Positions 8,285 through 16,548 of a DNA stretch of 64,000 bases are shown here, one piece after another. How positions within the stretch are numbered: position 1 is the first letter of the stretch; every line of letters begins with the position of its first letter. The DNA comes from an uncultured Muribaculaceae bacterium (GTDB taxonomy: Bacteria > Bacteroidota > Bacteroidia > Bacteroidales > Muribaculaceae). Location of the stretch: contig CAJTXU010000007.1 in assembly GCA_910584125.1 (NCBI GenBank), positions 14,315-78,314 on the forward strand, read 5' to 3'. Below the pieces are notes generated by a model, which was not told where the DNA came from, did not search any database, and was given only the letters and a program-made list of their open reading frames with translations. A program made the translations under genes and the position numbers.

Positions 8285-9774
8285 GAAGCGCATACCATAA
8301 CCCGACGAGCCGCGTCATGCCGAACTGCATGGCGTGGCTCGTCCTGCTTCCGCTGCTGTGGGCGTGCGGCGACGGCGCCCGCAGCCTGCCTGCCGACTCG
8401 TTGCGCGTCGACGCGCAGGAATGCCTCGACAGCTGCGACTACACAGGCGCCGTGCGCGACGCCCTCGCGCTCATCGACCGCGCCGAGGCCACTGGCGACA
8501 GAGTCCTTGAAGCCGACGGACACGTGATCATGGCCGACGCCTATCGCGCGGTCTACAACCTCCCGGCTGCAAGACGCCACCGCACGGCCGCCGCCGAGCG
8601 ATACGCGGCCTCCGACAGCACAGTGAGCGCGTTCTACGCATATGTGGACCTCGCCGGCGAATACTCGCACGACGACAATGATTCGGCCCGGATCGTGATG
8701 GAGAGCGCGCGTGCCCTCATACCGAAAGGCGACGCCGAGATACGCAACCAATACGAACTTCTCTATTCCGACATATGCCGTGTGAGGGAAGATTTCGGCG
8801 ATGCGCTCAGGCATATCCACGCCATCGACCGCACATGGCTGAGCGGCATAATCACACCCGCCGACTCCGTGCATATCGGCGAGATCTATTTCCGCAACTC
8901 GATGCCCGACAGCGCGGCCCTCTATTTCGGCACGGAGGCCGCGGCCGACGACATACAGTACTGGGAATGCATGGCCGAGCGCAGCGAGGCGCAGGGCGAT
9001 CTGGAGGCCGCGCTCGCGGCGCGCAAAAAGATGCAGGACCTCGAGTTCGACCGTTCGGCGACGGCCCTTGCCAATTCGCTGGAGTTCGTGGAGCGCTCGC
9101 ATTACGCCCGCAAGGCAGCCGACGAGAAGGCGAGACGCGAACGGCTCGTGGCCGGTCTGCTCTGGGGCGCGGCCGCCCTGGCCGTGGCCGCGCTGGTCTG
9201 GATGCTGCTGCATTACAGCCGACGGGCGCGCCGCTATAAGACGGAAAGCGACATGAAGGATGTCGTGATGATCGACGCCAAGACCGACTCGATGGCGGAC
9301 GTCTCCGCCGCGCAGCCGGCCGACGCCGGCACAGGCTCGCCTGCAGCGGACGCCGCGCTTGACGACAAGTGGATATACGTGATACTCGATTTCTACATGT
9401 CGCGACTCAACGGCATCAGCCGCGAGTATTTCCGCACGCCTGACGAGCAGGGACGCCGCGAGATCGAGGCGGAGTTCAACCGCGAACTGAAATCGCTGCG
9501 CGAAGGCGACATATTCGAGGAGATCGAGCAGCGCGTCAACGACCGCCACGAAGGCGTGATGCGCGACGTCCGCCGCGACTTCCCCCGCTTCAACGAGCAA
9601 TACCTCCGCCTGATGCTCTGCTCGCTGGCCGGACTGTCGAGTCAGTCGACATGCCTTTTGCTCTCGATCGAGAAGGGCAACTATTACGTGATGTGGACGC
9701 GCATCCGCGCGAAAATAAGAATCAGCGAGTCGCCGCGCCGGGAACTCTACGAGTCGCTCTTCATATCGAAATGA
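8281..9774 (+). CDS. Membrane-spanning regulator: lipobox, TPR-like periplasmic region, TM helix, C-terminal HTH
   Basis: LLWAC lipobox; helical repeats; TM LVAGLLWGAAALAVAALVWMLL; LuxR-like tail GLSSQSTCLLLSIEKGNYYVMWTRIRAKI. Start uncertain (8275, 8281, 8317 or 8329); ATG 8281 overlaps the upstream stop as ATGA. Confidence 0.75.
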   Translation: MRSAYHNPTSRVMPNCMAWLVLLPLLWACGDGARSLPADSLRVDAQECLDSCDYTGAVRDALALIDRAEATGDRVLEADGHVIMADAYRAVYNLPAARRHRTAAAERYAASDSTVSAFYAYVDLAGEYSHDDNDSARIVMESARALIPKGDAEIRNQYELLYSDICRVREDFGDALRHIHAIDRTWLSGIITPADSVHIGEIYFRNSMPDSAALYFGTEAAADDIQYWECMAERSEAQGDLEAALAARKKMQDLEFDRSATALANSLEFVERSHYARKAADEKARRERLVAGLLWGAAALAVAALVWMLLHYSRRARRYKTESDMKDVVMIDAKTDSMADVSAAQPADAGTGSPAADAALDDKWIYVILDFYMSRLNGISREYFRTPDEQGRREIEAEFNRELKSLREGDIFEEIEQRVNDRHEGVMRDVRRDFPRFNEQYLRLMLCSLAGLSSQSTCLLLSIEKGNYYVMWTRIRAKIRISESPRRELYESLFISK

Positions 9775-11759
9775 GCGGCGAGAACCGCAGCCTTAGACTT
9801 CCCGACTACAGCCGCGATTTCATCGACAGTGGCCTCGCGAAGACGCTTGAGGCTCTTGAAATGTTTCATCAGTTTCGAGGCCGTGGCCTCTCCTATCCCC
9901 TTGATTCCATCGAGCTCGCTTACGGTCTGCGACTTGCTGCGCCGGTTGCGGTGGTGGGTGATGCCGAAGCGGTGGGCCTCGTCGCGAAGGTCCTGCACAA
10001 CGCGCAGACTCGGTGATTTCTTGTCGAGATAGAGGGGCAGCGTGTCGCCCGGAAAGTATATTTCCTCAAGTCTCTTGGCTATGCCCACGAGCGCGACATC
10101 GCCGCGTATGCCCATTTCATCAAAGGCCTCGACGGCGGCGCTGAGCTGGCCCTTGCCGCCGTCGACCACCACGAGCTGCGGCAGCGGCTGGCCCTCGGCC
10201 ATCATGCGAGTGTAGCGCCGGTGGAGCACCTCCTTCATCGACGCGAAGTCGTCGGCGCCTACGACGGTTTTGATGTTGAAATGTCGGTAGTCGCGGCGCG
10301 CCGGACGACCGTTGCGGAACACGACGCAGCTCGCCACGGGATTCGTGCCCTGGATGTTCGAGTTGTCGAAACACTCGATGTGGCGCGGTTCGGCGTTGAG
10401 CCTGAAATCCGACTTCATGCGCTCCATCAGCTTGTCGGTGGCGCGGTCGGGATTGAGCAGCGCGGCCTCCTTCTCGCGGTCTTTCATGTATTGCGTGGCG
10501 TTCTTGACTGCCACGTCGAGAGCGCGTCTGCGCTCGCCGCGCTGAGGCACGGTGAAGCGTGTGCCGGCGAATTCCACGTCGGGCATGAACGGCACGATGA
10601 CCTCCGTGAACTCACGTTCGAACCGCTGGGTCACCTCGGCTATGGCCATGGAGAGAATCTCCTCGCGCGAGCTCTCGTTGCGCCGCAACACGTATTCCAG
10701 ATTCAGACTCTGCGTCACCGCCCCATGATGGGTGTGCATGAAGTTGACGTAAGCGCGCCCGTCGCCCTCGACATACGCGAACACGTCGGCGTCGGGCGCC
10801 GAGGTCTCCCCTACGATGCTCTTCGCGTTGTATTTCCTGAGAATCTCATATTTTTCCTTGACCGCCTGCGCCTCTTCGAATTTCCAATCCTCGCCGAGCT
10901 TCGTCATCTCGTCGCGCAGAGCGCGTTCAAGCTCCACGGTCTCGCCGTTGAGTATCTGGCGCACCCTCTTGATATATTCGCCATACCGCTCGGGACTGAT
11001 GAGCGCACGGCACGCGCCGCCGCATTTGCCGATGTGATAGTCGAGGCAGAGTCTGTAGCGTCCCCGCGCGATGCTTTTCTCATCGAGGGCGTGGCGGCAC
11101 GACCGCAGAGGATACGTGTCGCGGATGAGGTCGAGTACGAGTTTTGCCGACTGGACATTGCTGTAGGGTCCGTAGTATTTGCCGTCGATGCCTTTCTCGC
11201 GGGTCATGAATATGCGGGGATACAGTTCGCGGGTCACGACAATCCATGGATAAGACTTGTCGTCCTTGAGCAGCACGTTGTAGTGAGGCTGATAATGCTT
11301 GATCATGGCGTTCTCCAGATGGAGAGCGTCTTCCTCGGTGGGCACCACGATGAAACGCAAGTCGACGATGTTGCGCACAAGCAGATTGGTGCGCGTCGAG
11401 TCATGTCGGCGGTTGAAATAGCTTGAGACGCGTCGTTTGAGACGCTTGGCCTTGCCGACATAGATCACCTTGCCGCGGCGGTCGAGATACATGTATACGC
11501 CCGGCGACTCCGGCAGATTCAGGATCTTGTTGCGCAGCTGCGCGCCGGGGCGGTTTTCGAATATGTCCTCGCGGGTCCTGTCGGGTTTGATCTCGATGTC
11601 GAAACCTCCGACTTCATCGATTTTGCGGCCCGTGGATGCGAGCAGATTCTCGACGCTCTCGCGCGAGGCCGGGGCGGCGCCGGCGTCGGCGTCGGCGGCA
11701 TCATCGCCGAGTGACGCGTCGGCGGGTTCGGGCAGGTCTGTTCTTTCGAGTTCTTCCAT
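9747..11759 (-). CDS. uvrC: Excinuclease ABC subunit C
   Basis: GIY-YIG (PGVY...IYVGKAKRLKRRVSSYF), ECFDNSN, VVVDGGKGQL, RDEAHRFGI and HhH GIKGIG. Start set at MEELER. Confidence 0.97.
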   Translation of the reverse strand: MEELERTDLPEPADASLGDDAADADAGAAPASRESVENLLASTGRKIDEVGGFDIEIKPDRTREDIFENRPGAQLRNKILNLPESPGVYMYLDRRGKVIYVGKAKRLKRRVSSYFNRRHDSTRTNLLVRNIVDLRFIVVPTEEDALHLENAMIKHYQPHYNVLLKDDKSYPWIVVTRELYPRIFMTREKGIDGKYYGPYSNVQSAKLVLDLIRDTYPLRSCRHALDEKSIARGRYRLCLDYHIGKCGGACRALISPERYGEYIKRVRQILNGETVELERALRDEMTKLGEDWKFEEAQAVKEKYEILRKYNAKSIVGETSAPDADVFAYVEGDGRAYVNFMHTHHGAVTQSLNLEYVLRRNESSREEILSMAIAEVTQRFEREFTEVIVPFMPDVEFAGTRFTVPQRGERRRALDVAVKNATQYMKDREKEAALLNPDRATDKLMERMKSDFRLNAEPRHIECFDNSNIQGTNPVASCVVFRNGRPARRDYRHFNIKTVVGADDFASMKEVLHRRYTRMMAEGQPLPQLVVVDGGKGQLSAAVEAFDEMGIRGDVALVGIAKRLEEIYFPGDTLPLYLDKKSPSLRVVQDLRDEAHRFGITHHRNRRSKSQTVSELDGIKGIGEATASKLMKHFKSLKRLREATVDEIAAVVGKSKAAVLAAHFDMKSDS

Positions 11760-11810
11760 ATCTGTATAACGCAAGGGGAGCGGCCGGCGTATATGCCGGC
11801 GTCCGTAAGC

Positions 11811-11842
11811 AAAAGGGTGCGTCCCGAAGCCGGGATGCACCC
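11811..11842 (-). terminator. Intrinsic terminator directly upstream of uvrC
   Basis: Minus strand reads GGGTGCATCCCG-GCTT-CGGGACGCACCC-TTTT (12-bp stem with one mismatch, then U tract). Confidence 0.65.
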
Positions 11843-12040
11843 CTCCGCAATTTCCGAATCAATCGGAAATATTGGACATGAACCGAACCTATTCTTCCGA
11901 ATCAATCGGAGTTTTCAATAAAAACCCGGAGGCGATTGCCCGAAAGAGGGCTGATGCGGATAACGCGGATTCAAGATCGTCTAATCACGCATGGGCAATT
12001 GCCGGTGAGCGGATAGAACCGTGTTCCGTCCAGTCTTAAT
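11811..12040 (-). ncRNA. Candidate structured RNA or leader between apt and uvrC
   Basis: Long imperfect stem (11931-11941 with 11993-12003), two identical hairpins (11852-11867 and 11895-11910) and a terminal terminator. No credible ORF. Confidence 0.35.
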
Positions 12041-12074
12041 ATAACAAGGCGGCGGAACCTTTTGTTCCGCCGCC
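12041..12074 (-). terminator. Hairpin or terminator after apt
   Basis: GGCGGCGGAAC / GTTCCGCCGCC 11-bp stem followed on the - strand by TTGTTATATT. Confidence 0.65.
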
Positions 12075-12127
12075 CGCAGGATTTAACATATTTCGTCTCG
12101 GAGCCCGAATCAGGCCGTCGAGCCGCG

Positions 12128-12652
12128 TCAGTATTTGAGCAGCGAGGTCACCTCGCAGTCGTCGGGAAGGGCCGCGCGGCCGTTGAGGGCGGTGAGCTCC
12201 ACGACGAAGTTGACGTAGATTTTCTTCGGATTCATCGATTTCACCAGGTCGTAGCAGGCGCGCATCGTGCCGCCGGTGGCGAGCAGGTCGTCATGCAGCA
12301 GCACGACGTCGTTCTCGTTGATCGCGTCGCTGTGAAGCTCGATTGTATCGACGCCATACTCCTTGGCATAAGCCTTCTTGATTGTCACCGAAGGGAGTTT
12401 GCCGGGCTTGCGCGCGGGCACGAAACCGCATCCGAGGCAGTAGGCCATGATCGAACCGCCGATGAAACCGCGCGATTCGATGCCGACGATCTTGGTTATG
12501 CCTTTGTCGCGATAGAGTTCGACAAGTGCGTCGCTCATCGTGTGGAGTGCTTCGCCATCCTTAAGCAGGGTGGTCAGGTCGCGGAAGATTATTCCCTTTG
12601 ACGGGAAATCGGGAATGTCGCGAATCTTGAGTTTGAGTTCTTCTAATTCCAT
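12128..12652 (-). CDS. apt: Adenine phosphoribosyltransferase
   Basis: IRDIPDFPSKGIIFRD, GIESRGF, RKPGKLP and LLHDDLLATGGT. Start at MELEEL. Confidence 0.97.
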   Translation of the reverse strand: MELEELKLKIRDIPDFPSKGIIFRDLTTLLKDGEALHTMSDALVELYRDKGITKIVGIESRGFIGGSIMAYCLGCGFVPARKPGKLPSVTIKKAYAKEYGVDTIELHSDAINENDVVLLHDDLLATGGTMRACYDLVKSMNPKKIYVNFVVELTALNGRAALPDDCEVTSLLKY

Positions 12653-12779
12653 TGTCGTAATATTAGGTTGTTTGAGATGATTCATTTCAGCATCTTGTTT
12701 CGGTCGTTCCGAGGCCGCCCGCACCCCTGCCCCGCGCGCTACTTAAACCCCTGACGCAGATACGTGATAGGAGACCTCC

Positions 12780-12795
12780 TGTTCCACGTGGAACA
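12780..12795. promoter_or_regulatory. parS: parS centromere-like site
   Basis: Perfect palindrome TGTTCCACGTGGAACA matching the parS consensus TGTTNCACGTGNAACA, 12 bp past the mnmG stop. Confidence 0.9.
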
Positions 12796-12807
12796 AAACT
12801 TAAAGCA

Positions 12808-14712
12808 TTACTTTCCCCCTCCGATCAGGAGCAGCAGCACGTTGATGTCGGCAGGAGAGACTCCGGGGATGCGTGAGGCCTGTCCGATTGTGGCCGGACG
12901 TATCCGGTCGAGTTTCTGACGGGCCTCGGTCGAGAGAGCGTTGACGGAACTGTAATTGAATCCGTCGGGGATATGCACGTGTTCGAGCCGCGTCTGGCGG
13001 TCGGCGAGTTCGCGCTCGCGGCGGATATAGCCGTCGTATTTGATTAGGATCTCCGCGGCCTGGATTATCTCTTCGCGGCGGCCCTCCTCTATCCTGCCGA
13101 ACTGACGGGCAAGCGCGGGGACGGCGTCGGCAAGGATACGAAAGCCGAGCTGCGGACGGCGAACGAGCTCTATGAGGCGAACAGAGGCCGTGAGCGGCGA
13201 CGTGCCGTGCTCTTCGAGAAAGCGGTTTGTCTCAGGAGTCATCTTCACCAGACAGTTCGCGGCGAACTCCATGAGCTCGTCGCGCTGCTGGCGTTTGCGC
13301 ACCATCAGCCGGTATCGCTCTTCGGTGGCGAGGCCTATCTCATGTCCGAGCGGTGTCAGACGCATGTCGGCGTCGTCCTGACGGAGAAGAATGCGGTATT
13401 CGGCACGCGATGTGAACATGCGGTAGGGTTCGTCGACTCCCTTGGTGACGAGGTCGTCGATAAGCACGCCGATGTATGCATGGTCGCGACCGAGCACAAC
13501 GGGGTCCTGGCCGGCGGCGCGACGTGCGGCGTTGATTCCGGCCATCAGGCCCTGGGCCGCCGCCTCCTCATAACCTGTCGTGCCGTTGACCTGACCGGCG
13601 AAGTAAAGCCCCGGCACGAGCTTCGTCTGCAGATCGTGTGTGAGCTGTGTGGGGTCGAAGAAGTCATATTCTATAGCATAACCGGGGCGATAGAACTGAA
13701 CGTCGCGCAGCGCGGGGACGCATTGCAGGGCCTCGACCTGCACACGCCAGGGCATTGACGACGAAAAACCGTTGATGTAATATTCCTCGGTGGTCTCGCC
13801 TTCGGGCTCAAGAAAGAGCTGATGGCTCTCCTTGTCGGCGAACGTGACGAGCTTTGTCTCGATGCTCGGACAGTAGCGCGGCCCGATGCTCTTTATGTCG
13901 CCGTTATAAAGCGGCGACTCGTCGAGACGCGAGGTCATGCGGGCGTGCGCCTCGGGGTTGGTGTGCACTATCCAGCAGGGACGCGGCTTGAGGGTGCGCT
14001 TCACGTCGGGCAGGAAAGAGAACTTCTCGAAATCGTCATTGTCGCCGTCCTGGCGTTCGGCGAGCGTGAAGTCTATGGTGCGCCCGTCGATGCGGGCCGG
14101 CGTACCGGTCTTCATCCTGTCGGTCCTGAATCCGAGGGCGGCGAGCTGTTCGGTGAGCCCTTTGGAGGCGTCTTCCGATATGCGGCCGCCCTCTATCTTG
14201 GTCGGACCGAAGTGCATTAAGCCATTGAGAAAAGTACCCGCCGTGAGCACTACCTGCGCGGCGCGAAACTCGAAACCGAGCGCCGTGCGCACGCCTTCAA
14301 GGCAGGGGGAGTCGGGCTGGGAAACGTCTATTAGAAGGCTCTGCACCGTGTCCTGGAACATATACAGGCCAGGCGTGGCGTCAAGTATCTGACGCCAGCG
14401 GTCGATGTATTTCGTGCGGTCAGACTGAACTCTGGGCGACCATACGGCCGGGCCTTTGGAACGGTTGAGCATCCTGAACTGAATGGCGGTCTCGTCGGCG
14501 ACGATACCCATGCAGCCGCCAAGCGCGTCGATCTCGCGCACGATCTGGCCCTTGGCTATACCGCCTACAGCCGGATTGCACGACATCTGCGCCACCCGGT
14601 TCATATCTTTGGTGACCAGCAGGGTGGAGGCGCCCAGCTTCGCGGCGGCTACGGCCGCCTCACAGCCGGCGTGGCCGGCCCCGATCACTATGACATCGAA
14701 ATCAAACTTCAT
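12808..14712 (-). CDS. mnmG: tRNA uridine 5-carboxymethylaminomethyl modification enzyme MnmG (GidA)
   Basis: VIGAGHAGCEAA, MSCNPAVGG, GPRYCPSIE, GQVNGTTGYEEAAAQG and EPYRMFTSRAEYR. Start overlaps the ybeY stop (ATGA). Confidence 0.98.
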   Translation of the reverse strand: MKFDFDVIVIGAGHAGCEAAVAAAKLGASTLLVTKDMNRVAQMSCNPAVGGIAKGQIVREIDALGGCMGIVADETAIQFRMLNRSKGPAVWSPRVQSDRTKYIDRWRQILDATPGLYMFQDTVQSLLIDVSQPDSPCLEGVRTALGFEFRAAQVVLTAGTFLNGLMHFGPTKIEGGRISEDASKGLTEQLAALGFRTDRMKTGTPARIDGRTIDFTLAERQDGDNDDFEKFSFLPDVKRTLKPRPCWIVHTNPEAHARMTSRLDESPLYNGDIKSIGPRYCPSIETKLVTFADKESHQLFLEPEGETTEEYYINGFSSSMPWRVQVEALQCVPALRDVQFYRPGYAIEYDFFDPTQLTHDLQTKLVPGLYFAGQVNGTTGYEEAAAQGLMAGINAARRAAGQDPVVLGRDHAYIGVLIDDLVTKGVDEPYRMFTSRAEYRILLRQDDADMRLTPLGHEIGLATEERYRLMVRKRQQRDELMEFAANCLVKMTPETNRFLEEHGTSPLTASVRLIELVRRPQLGFRILADAVPALARQFGRIEEGRREEIIQAAEILIKYDGYIRRERELADRQTRLEHVHIPDGFNYSSVNALSTEARQKLDRIRPATIGQASRIPGVSPADINVLLLLIGGGK

Positions 14713-15155
14713 TTCTCTTCGGTTATAAGTTGCGGCCACGAGCGGTCGAGCATCGCCAGAGCCGCGTCTTCGTTGGCCTCCATTATCTCACGCTCGCCGG
14801 GGCCCTTGTCGTCTATCCCGCACAGGTGCAGGACGCCATGGATTATTACACGCATCAGTTCACGCGCATAAGGCTCACCCACGAGCAGCGCGTTGCTGCG
14901 TACGGTGTCGAGCGAGATCATGACGTCCCCTCCTATCGTGTCGCGCCGAGTGTAGTCGAACGTGATGATGTCGGTGTAATAGTCATGGTCGATGAACTTC
15001 CGGTTGGCTTCCAGAATGTATGAGTCGTCGCAGAAGAGGTAGGAGATACGTCCCACCTTGAAACCGTGTGATGCGGCCACCTCGGCGATCCAGCTCCTCA
15101 CGGCCTCGAAGTCGACCGAGGGGAGCGCCACATTTTCAGAATTGAAATTTATCAT
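14709..15155 (-). CDS. ybeY: rRNA maturation endoribonuclease YbeY
   Basis: HDYYTDIITF and IIHGVLHLCGIDD zinc motif. Promoter TATCTTTG at 15190-15183 fixes the start at MINFNSEN. Confidence 0.95.
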   Translation of the reverse strand: MINFNSENVALPSVDFEAVRSWIAEVAASHGFKVGRISYLFCDDSYILEANRKFIDHDYYTDIITFDYTRRDTIGGDVMISLDTVRSNALLVGEPYARELMRVIIHGVLHLCGIDDKGPGEREIMEANEDAALAMLDRSWPQLITEEK

Positions 15156-15311
15156 AGATTGTTTAAGCAGATACCAAACATACAAAGATAACGATAAAAA
15201 TCGAAAAGAGAAAATCGAACGCCAATTTTCGTCTTATAAAGGCCGCAGGCCTTTACCACACGACCTAACCCTACACAAACCTTTACCCGCCTCGCGACAC
15301 TGCGACCCGTG

Positions 15312-15466
15312 GACACCCGACACTGAGGCCCGACCCGACACCCGACACTGAGGCCCGACCCGACACCCGACACTGAGGCCCGACCCGGCACCCGACACCG
15401 ACACGACACAACACCCGACACGACACCCGACACCGACACGACACGACACCCGACACGACACCCGAC
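15312..15466. repeat. Compound tandem repeat (3 x 25 bp, then CCCGACA/CGACA units)
   Basis: GACACCCGACACTGAGGCCCGACCC three times (15312-15386), followed by a T-free run of CGACA-based units. Confidence 0.92.
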
Positions 15467-15774
15467 AGGGGAAGAATATAGCCTTGGCCCAGCATTCTAT
15501 TTAACATAATGCAAGAATATAGAGTGACAAGGATGAATTATTGGGATTTCCTTTCTATTTGCAATCGCGAGACATGCATGTTGAAAACATTAGCAATTGC
15601 CTGTCGATTAGGCGATTTAATAGAGATAATACCATTTTTAAGGCCCTGAGGATTGAAAATTCATTCCATTTCATGCAATCAGTCGCGAATGTAAAAAACT
15701 CAAACCTCGGAAAAGCGATACCGATTCAAGAGAAAAGGGGAAATTTAAGTTTTATCTGAATTTTCTCATTTTAT

Positions 15775-15805
15775 TTTGACTTACCGACAATAATAAGTAT
15801 TTTTG
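15775..15805 (+). promoter_or_regulatory. Sigma-A promoter upstream of the lipoprotein-LTA synthase-kinase genes
   Basis: TTTG (15775-15778), 19-nt spacer, TATTTTTG (15798-15805). Confidence 0.65.
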
Positions 15806-16041
15806 TGGAAAGTTAGCCACCCGGCCGCTCACCGCCCGCTCTCCTCCCGAGGCCGCCTCTTCGATTGCCTCACGACCATCTCCTCAATCATCTCCTCAAT
15901 CACCTCCTCCCTCTCCTCATCCGGCCGCTTCGCTTGCCGCCAGCAACGAGCGAGGACGAAAGATAATCCTAAGGCGGATGCTCTGTGATGAGGCGGAAGC
16001 CGATTCAACTCTTATCCTTTCAAATTGCAAAACCAAACAGT

Positions 16042-16530
16042 ATGCACATGACATTACGCACCGCCCTCTCCACGCTGACCGCGATTACCCTCTCGCTATC
16101 GCCAGCGTTCGTCTCGTGCAAGGACGACGACCCGACACGACACGATGGCATCGAGAAGCCCGACGGCCCGCGCGACGAGCCTGGCGGCACCGACCGTCCG
16201 GGCGGCGAAGTGCCCGGCGGAGAGGAACCCGGCGGCGAAACTCCCGGCTCGGACCAGGACGACGAGAACTCCGTGATTGTCGGCGACTGGCGAGGGGACA
16301 GAGATGAAATATTTTTCACCTTCGACGCCGGAAAACGTTTCGAGGGCAATCTGGGCGACGGCCCGATCATAGGCGGCTACGACTATAAGGATTTCCCTCA
16401 TCAACTCCTGCTGAACATCGAGACCGAAACCGAAGTACGCACCCTCGAACTGAAGTGCTTCATTTCCGGCGACTCGATGAAACTCCTTGACATCGCGGGC
16501 CATACTTGGACGCTCACACGCACGAACTAA
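16042..16530 (+). CDS. Lipoprotein with Pro/Gly/acidic linker and lipocalin-like domain
   Basis: FVSC-KDDD lipobox with acidic export signal; PGG repeats; IVGDW...FTFD...WTLTR pattern. Confidence 0.75.
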   Translation: MHMTLRTALSTLTAITLSLSPAFVSCKDDDPTRHDGIEKPDGPRDEPGGTDRPGGEVPGGEEPGGETPGSDQDDENSVIVGDWRGDRDEIFFTFDAGKRFEGNLGDGPIIGGYDYKDFPHQLLLNIETETEVRTLELKCFISGDSMKLLDIAGHTWTLTRTN

Positions 16531-16548
16531 ACTTCTGTTTAACATAAT

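Noticed and set aside
9747..9774. Tail-to-tail gene overlaps (9747-9774, 19095-19123, 22308-22311)
   Set aside because: Short convergent overlaps are common in compact GC-rich genomes, and nothing further suggests antisense regulation.
11931..12003. Hammerhead ribozyme suggested by CGAAA and CTGATG on the + strand
   Set aside because: The core reads CTGATGC rather than CUGANGA, and the stems do not give hammerhead topology.
15312..15466. Possible CRISPR array
   Set aside because: The 25-bp units are directly adjacent with no unique spacers, and there are no cas genes in the window.
15152..15507. Cys/Val/Gly/Arg-rich repetitive ORFs on the minus strand
   Set aside because: They are translations of the CGACA tandem repeat in all three frames, with no protein-like features.
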